The notes beneath the pieces were generated by a model. That model ran no database searches, had not been told where the DNA came from, and saw nothing but the letters and a program-made list of their open reading frames with translations. Below are positions 60,455 through 64,000 of a stretch of DNA of 64,000 nucleotides, piece by piece. The stretch lies in assembly GCF_018350175.1 (NCBI RefSeq), contig NC_058368.1, positions 79,548,001 through 79,612,000 of the forward strand. Reading direction: 5' to 3'. Each line of letters opens with the position of its first letter. Position 1 is the first letter of the stretch. Origin of the DNA: Felis catus. Lineage: Eukaryota. The position numbers and the translations under genes are program-made.

Positions 60455-63400
60455 GAGCATCACATTAGTCACCGGTGAGCGCCGGATCGATAGCAGCTCG
60501 GTGCCCTTTCCTGGAAGGAGGGGAGGGGCGCGGCGCCCCCTCCCTCCCCGCCGCCCCCGATCCGGGGCCGCGCTCGCCTCGGGCGGCTCCCAGGGTCCCA
60601 CCCGCTCGGGGGCGCCCTTCCCCCGCACCCAGGTCGTGGGCTCTTCCGGGGCGTCATCAGCGCCATTCACTTGTCAGGTTCTCGGGAAGTTGAAATCGTC
60701 TGTTTGGGATGGAACCAGAGAAAGAGAAGGAGGACGAGCGGGCGTACAAAAATGCAGTTTCCATAGTGCCGGAAAGAGGGCGGGCTCCAGCGAGAAAACA
60801 GCCCGCAGCCCGGGTGCCCGCGGCGGGTGCCCGCCTCCCACCCGACCCTCCGGGCCCCGCGCGCGTTGGCGCGGACGGCGGTGGGCGGCTCCAGACCTGC
60901 GCGCCCTTCGCCGGCAGTCGCTGCCGTTGAAGATGCCCTTGAAGAAGTGCTTCCGATATCCCCGTCTCCATGGCTTTTGTGACGGCTTTTGTGACTTTCA
61001 AAGTCGATTGCAAATAAGAACCCACGTGGTCGCGTCTCCCAAATGTCACAGTGGGGGCAGCTGGTGAGGATGTGTGTCCCTGAGTTCAGACCGCAGCCGG
61101 CTCCGGGTCTCGCAGGAACTGAGAAGGCTAACAAAACAGGCCCTCGTCTGTTTTCTTTCTTTAATTCGTGTGTCTTCATGAGATAATTGGAAACAATAAC
61201 GTTGGTTATTTTTTATTAAGTGCTGGAAGTTTGCCTTTGAATGCCCTCTATAGTTTATAAGAGTCTTTATTTCAAATGCAATGAAGTCTTAAGTCTAAGG
61301 AAAATGTAGGTTTTGAAACGGTGATAAATATGTTAACATACTTGTAGGCATGTGACTTAAAGATCCTGCTAGTTAATGTTATGTGCCCCCAAAAAACAGC
61401 GTTTTTACTCTTTAGCACGTACACCGTTATGATTCTCGATGAGTCGCATAAATTTGGGAAGAATAATCGGTGAGGCATATATCATAGGAGGCTTTGATAT
61501 ATAAAAAGTATATTTAGAGTCCATCTTCCATTTTCAGTCATGCTTTAAAAAATAATACCTGTGGGAATGTCGTTTCACGTGTGTGCCTGCATGCATGTGT
61601 GTGTCCTGTGTGTGCACCTGTTGGGCGCACCTTCCTGAACACAGTAGTCCGGCTTCCTGTTCCTTTCAGATCTTGTTGTCCTTCCTCCGTTAGCAAATGT
61701 TGCCTAGCAATAGGTCTACTGGGAAAGGAGGGATGAAGGAATTCTTATCTGGGAGTGGAAGGGAAATGTGGCCCAGTTTTATTGGCTTTGTGATGATTTC
61801 CGCCTCCCCACAGGAAGGGTCTGAATGGGTCTGCCTGTGTGTTCAGGAACCCTAACTAGCAGACGGGGACGTGGCACAACCTCTAACTCAGCCTAACGGG
61901 AGACTGAGCTCCACCGAGCTCCTCGAAGAAAGTACTTCTTGCAATTGTTCCATTCTTTCCTTTTTGGTGTGGCTTTTCGTACAAAATTGCAAACTAATTG
62001 TCATTCTGAAGTCCTAGAACCTCGAAATACAAGTGTGGGAGGTACAATTTCCATTCTCATTAAGAAGTCAGCCCATGAAACCGACAGTAAGGAACTCTGT
62101 CATTAGAGGTATCCCTGCCTTCCTCCCTTCCCATTGCCAAATAAGCGCTTTATTTATTTAAAGCTTGTTCGACACCTTGTGATTTTCCAACTGTTCCCCC
62201 ATACTTTTTCAGCAAAAGTCAGCTAATAACATCTGCCAAGCTGCTCTCCACGCATGGTCTGTTGCCAACAAGCAGCCTGGATGAAAGTTTTTCTCAGGGT
62301 CCAAGACCTTCCCTTGGAAGTTCTCTTTGGTTTTACGGATAACTAACTGGCCGTATCTTTTAGCAAAGGAGTGTTTTTCTGTTTGCTTGTTTTGCTTTCT
62401 TTACATAAAATCGTACACGAGGACTCTTTTATTAAAACAAAAAGTCCTTACTGGAATAATTTAATTACCTATTATAAAGCAGTCAATTTCATTAAAATGT
62501 AGACGTTAAAAACGCACCACAAATCCACAATGCAAATAATAGTAAGCATCGTTAATTCTCTTCTCTGTTTCCTGTAACAAAGGCACACATAAGGAGGAGA
62601 AAAGTAGATAACGTTTTAGTGCTTGTGAGTTTTTTTTTTCTTTTTAATTCTTAACCCTGTGTAGCTGTTTGACAGTATTTTCTATCTAGATGAACTGTAT
62701 CTAAAAACTAACTGAGCAGATAGTTAAGTGGCATACTATACGACCGGTTAGAATAGCTTCAATTTAAAATGTCCTTTTAAATTTAAATTTAATTTAAAAT
62801 GTGCTTTATGAGGAAAAAAATAAAGTAAAATAAAATAAAATGTGCTTTAGAAGGTACAGATTTTAAGTTCAGAGGCTTATGTCAGAGGACATGTTCAGTC
62901 TTTTTAAAAAGTAGAGCATTTCATCACATTTTGCTGTATTAAATAATGTGGTTCAGTAGCTCATTTAATAAATTTCTCTTTCTCTGATGAATGAACCAGG
63001 AAGAGACAGACTTTTCCCCATCTAGAATTCATAAGGGGACTTCCTGCACTTTCAAAGCTGGTTGGTTTTTTTTTTTTTTTTTTTCACAAATATATTTGCT
63101 AATATGTTTCAACTGAAATTTCACAAGAATTTTGTAACATGCTAATTCTGTGCAACAGAATGATTTACAAGAGAGAATGTAACTGCTGTTTGGATACCTT
63201 ACTACCTGTGCATGACTTTTCAAATATCTAAAGCACCAAGATTTAATGGATTGTATTGGTTCCTTGGGCATTGTGAAGGTTTCCACTTTAGTATTTATGT
63301 TGCTCATTGTAAGTACTTGTGTATCTTAATTTGTGTCTTTCTGAAATATTCACTGGGGAGAAGGGATTTTCTCAAATAAATGACTATTTCATGTACACGT

Positions 63401-64000
63401 AAGGTGAAGCAAACTACTGTAACTTTAAACATGAGAATTCTTCTGGAAAATGTATGCACTGAATCAAAACTCCTTGGAGAAAAGGCTCATGTAGTAGCAC
63501 AGCTAACCCAATACTCGCAACATTTTCATTTTAAATATGTTGAAGAAATGTATAAACCAGCAATTATAAAGTGACTATGGTTAGTAACTTAACATTTTTA
63601 TTAATTCACCTCTGGATTTTGTGGTGTTTGAATTTTGAGACTGTATTTCTAAATTCAAAACGAAACAGACCTTCCCCCCACAGACTTTCCATGATAGAAA
63701 TTAAAATTTTACATGAATGACTGCCTAACATTACTGAAGCGTAAAACAAACAAAACAAACAAAAACAAACCAAAAGGGTTTCTTCTTAGAATAACCCTCT
63801 TGGGATGCTTGGCCCTATAACAAAACTCACGTTTTGCACGACCAGATTGGTGCCCTGGGTAGGTATTGGCTGTCAGCGTTCTAGCTGCTGGGTTAAAACG
63901 TTGTTTGGTTGGTGTTACTGTGGTTTTCTGTCAGAGCAAAGCAAAATTGTCTGCCTCTCAATGTGTTGATCACAAGCAGATGACATTAAAAAAAGAGTCT

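Larger units (their letters stand above)
55200..61000. promoter_or_regulatory. Large CpG island covering promoter, 5'UTR and most of exon 1
   Basis: Visibly very high GC and CpG density, dropping abruptly to AT-rich sequence after ~61.1 kb. Confidence 0.92.

Overview
Mammalian genomic DNA from a carnivore, almost certainly a felid: about 25 tRNA-derived Can-SINE monomers are present, including SINEC_Fc-type copies. The window holds one protein-coding gene, IRS2 (insulin receptor substrate 2), complete on the minus strand. Its CpG-island promoter and leader lie at ~59.2-61.0 kb. A 4000-nt coding exon 1 (59171->55172) is followed by a 25,461-nt GT-AG intron that splits the last codon. Exon 2 (29710->~27180) supplies only AG+TGA plus a ~2.5-kb 3'UTR dense in miRNA seed sites. 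The predicted protein is 1334 aa, ending ...HHLKEATIVKE. The 1403-aa ORF in the track is exon 1 read through into the intron. The rest is intronic or intergenic DNA with SINEs, MIR/L2/L1 relics, MaLR LTRs, hAT and Tigger-like DNA transposons and simple repeats. The most unusual observation is two head-to-tail SINE dimers in the intron (34016-34441 and 45434-45900). Each has its own target-site duplication, yet both share the same linker (AAAAAAATACT[A/C]GTGA), the same poly(A)-signal-destroying change in monomer 1 and a terminal T-run. This suggests a dimeric Can-SINE subfamily mobilised as one unit. Other leads are a repeat-encoded poly-Ala uORF, alternative or intronic polyadenylation that could shed the 3'UTR, CRE/FOX and tandem-octamer enhancer candidates, and Ser at the site aligning to human G1057. 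Repeat family names and human comparisons are from recall, not from database searches.
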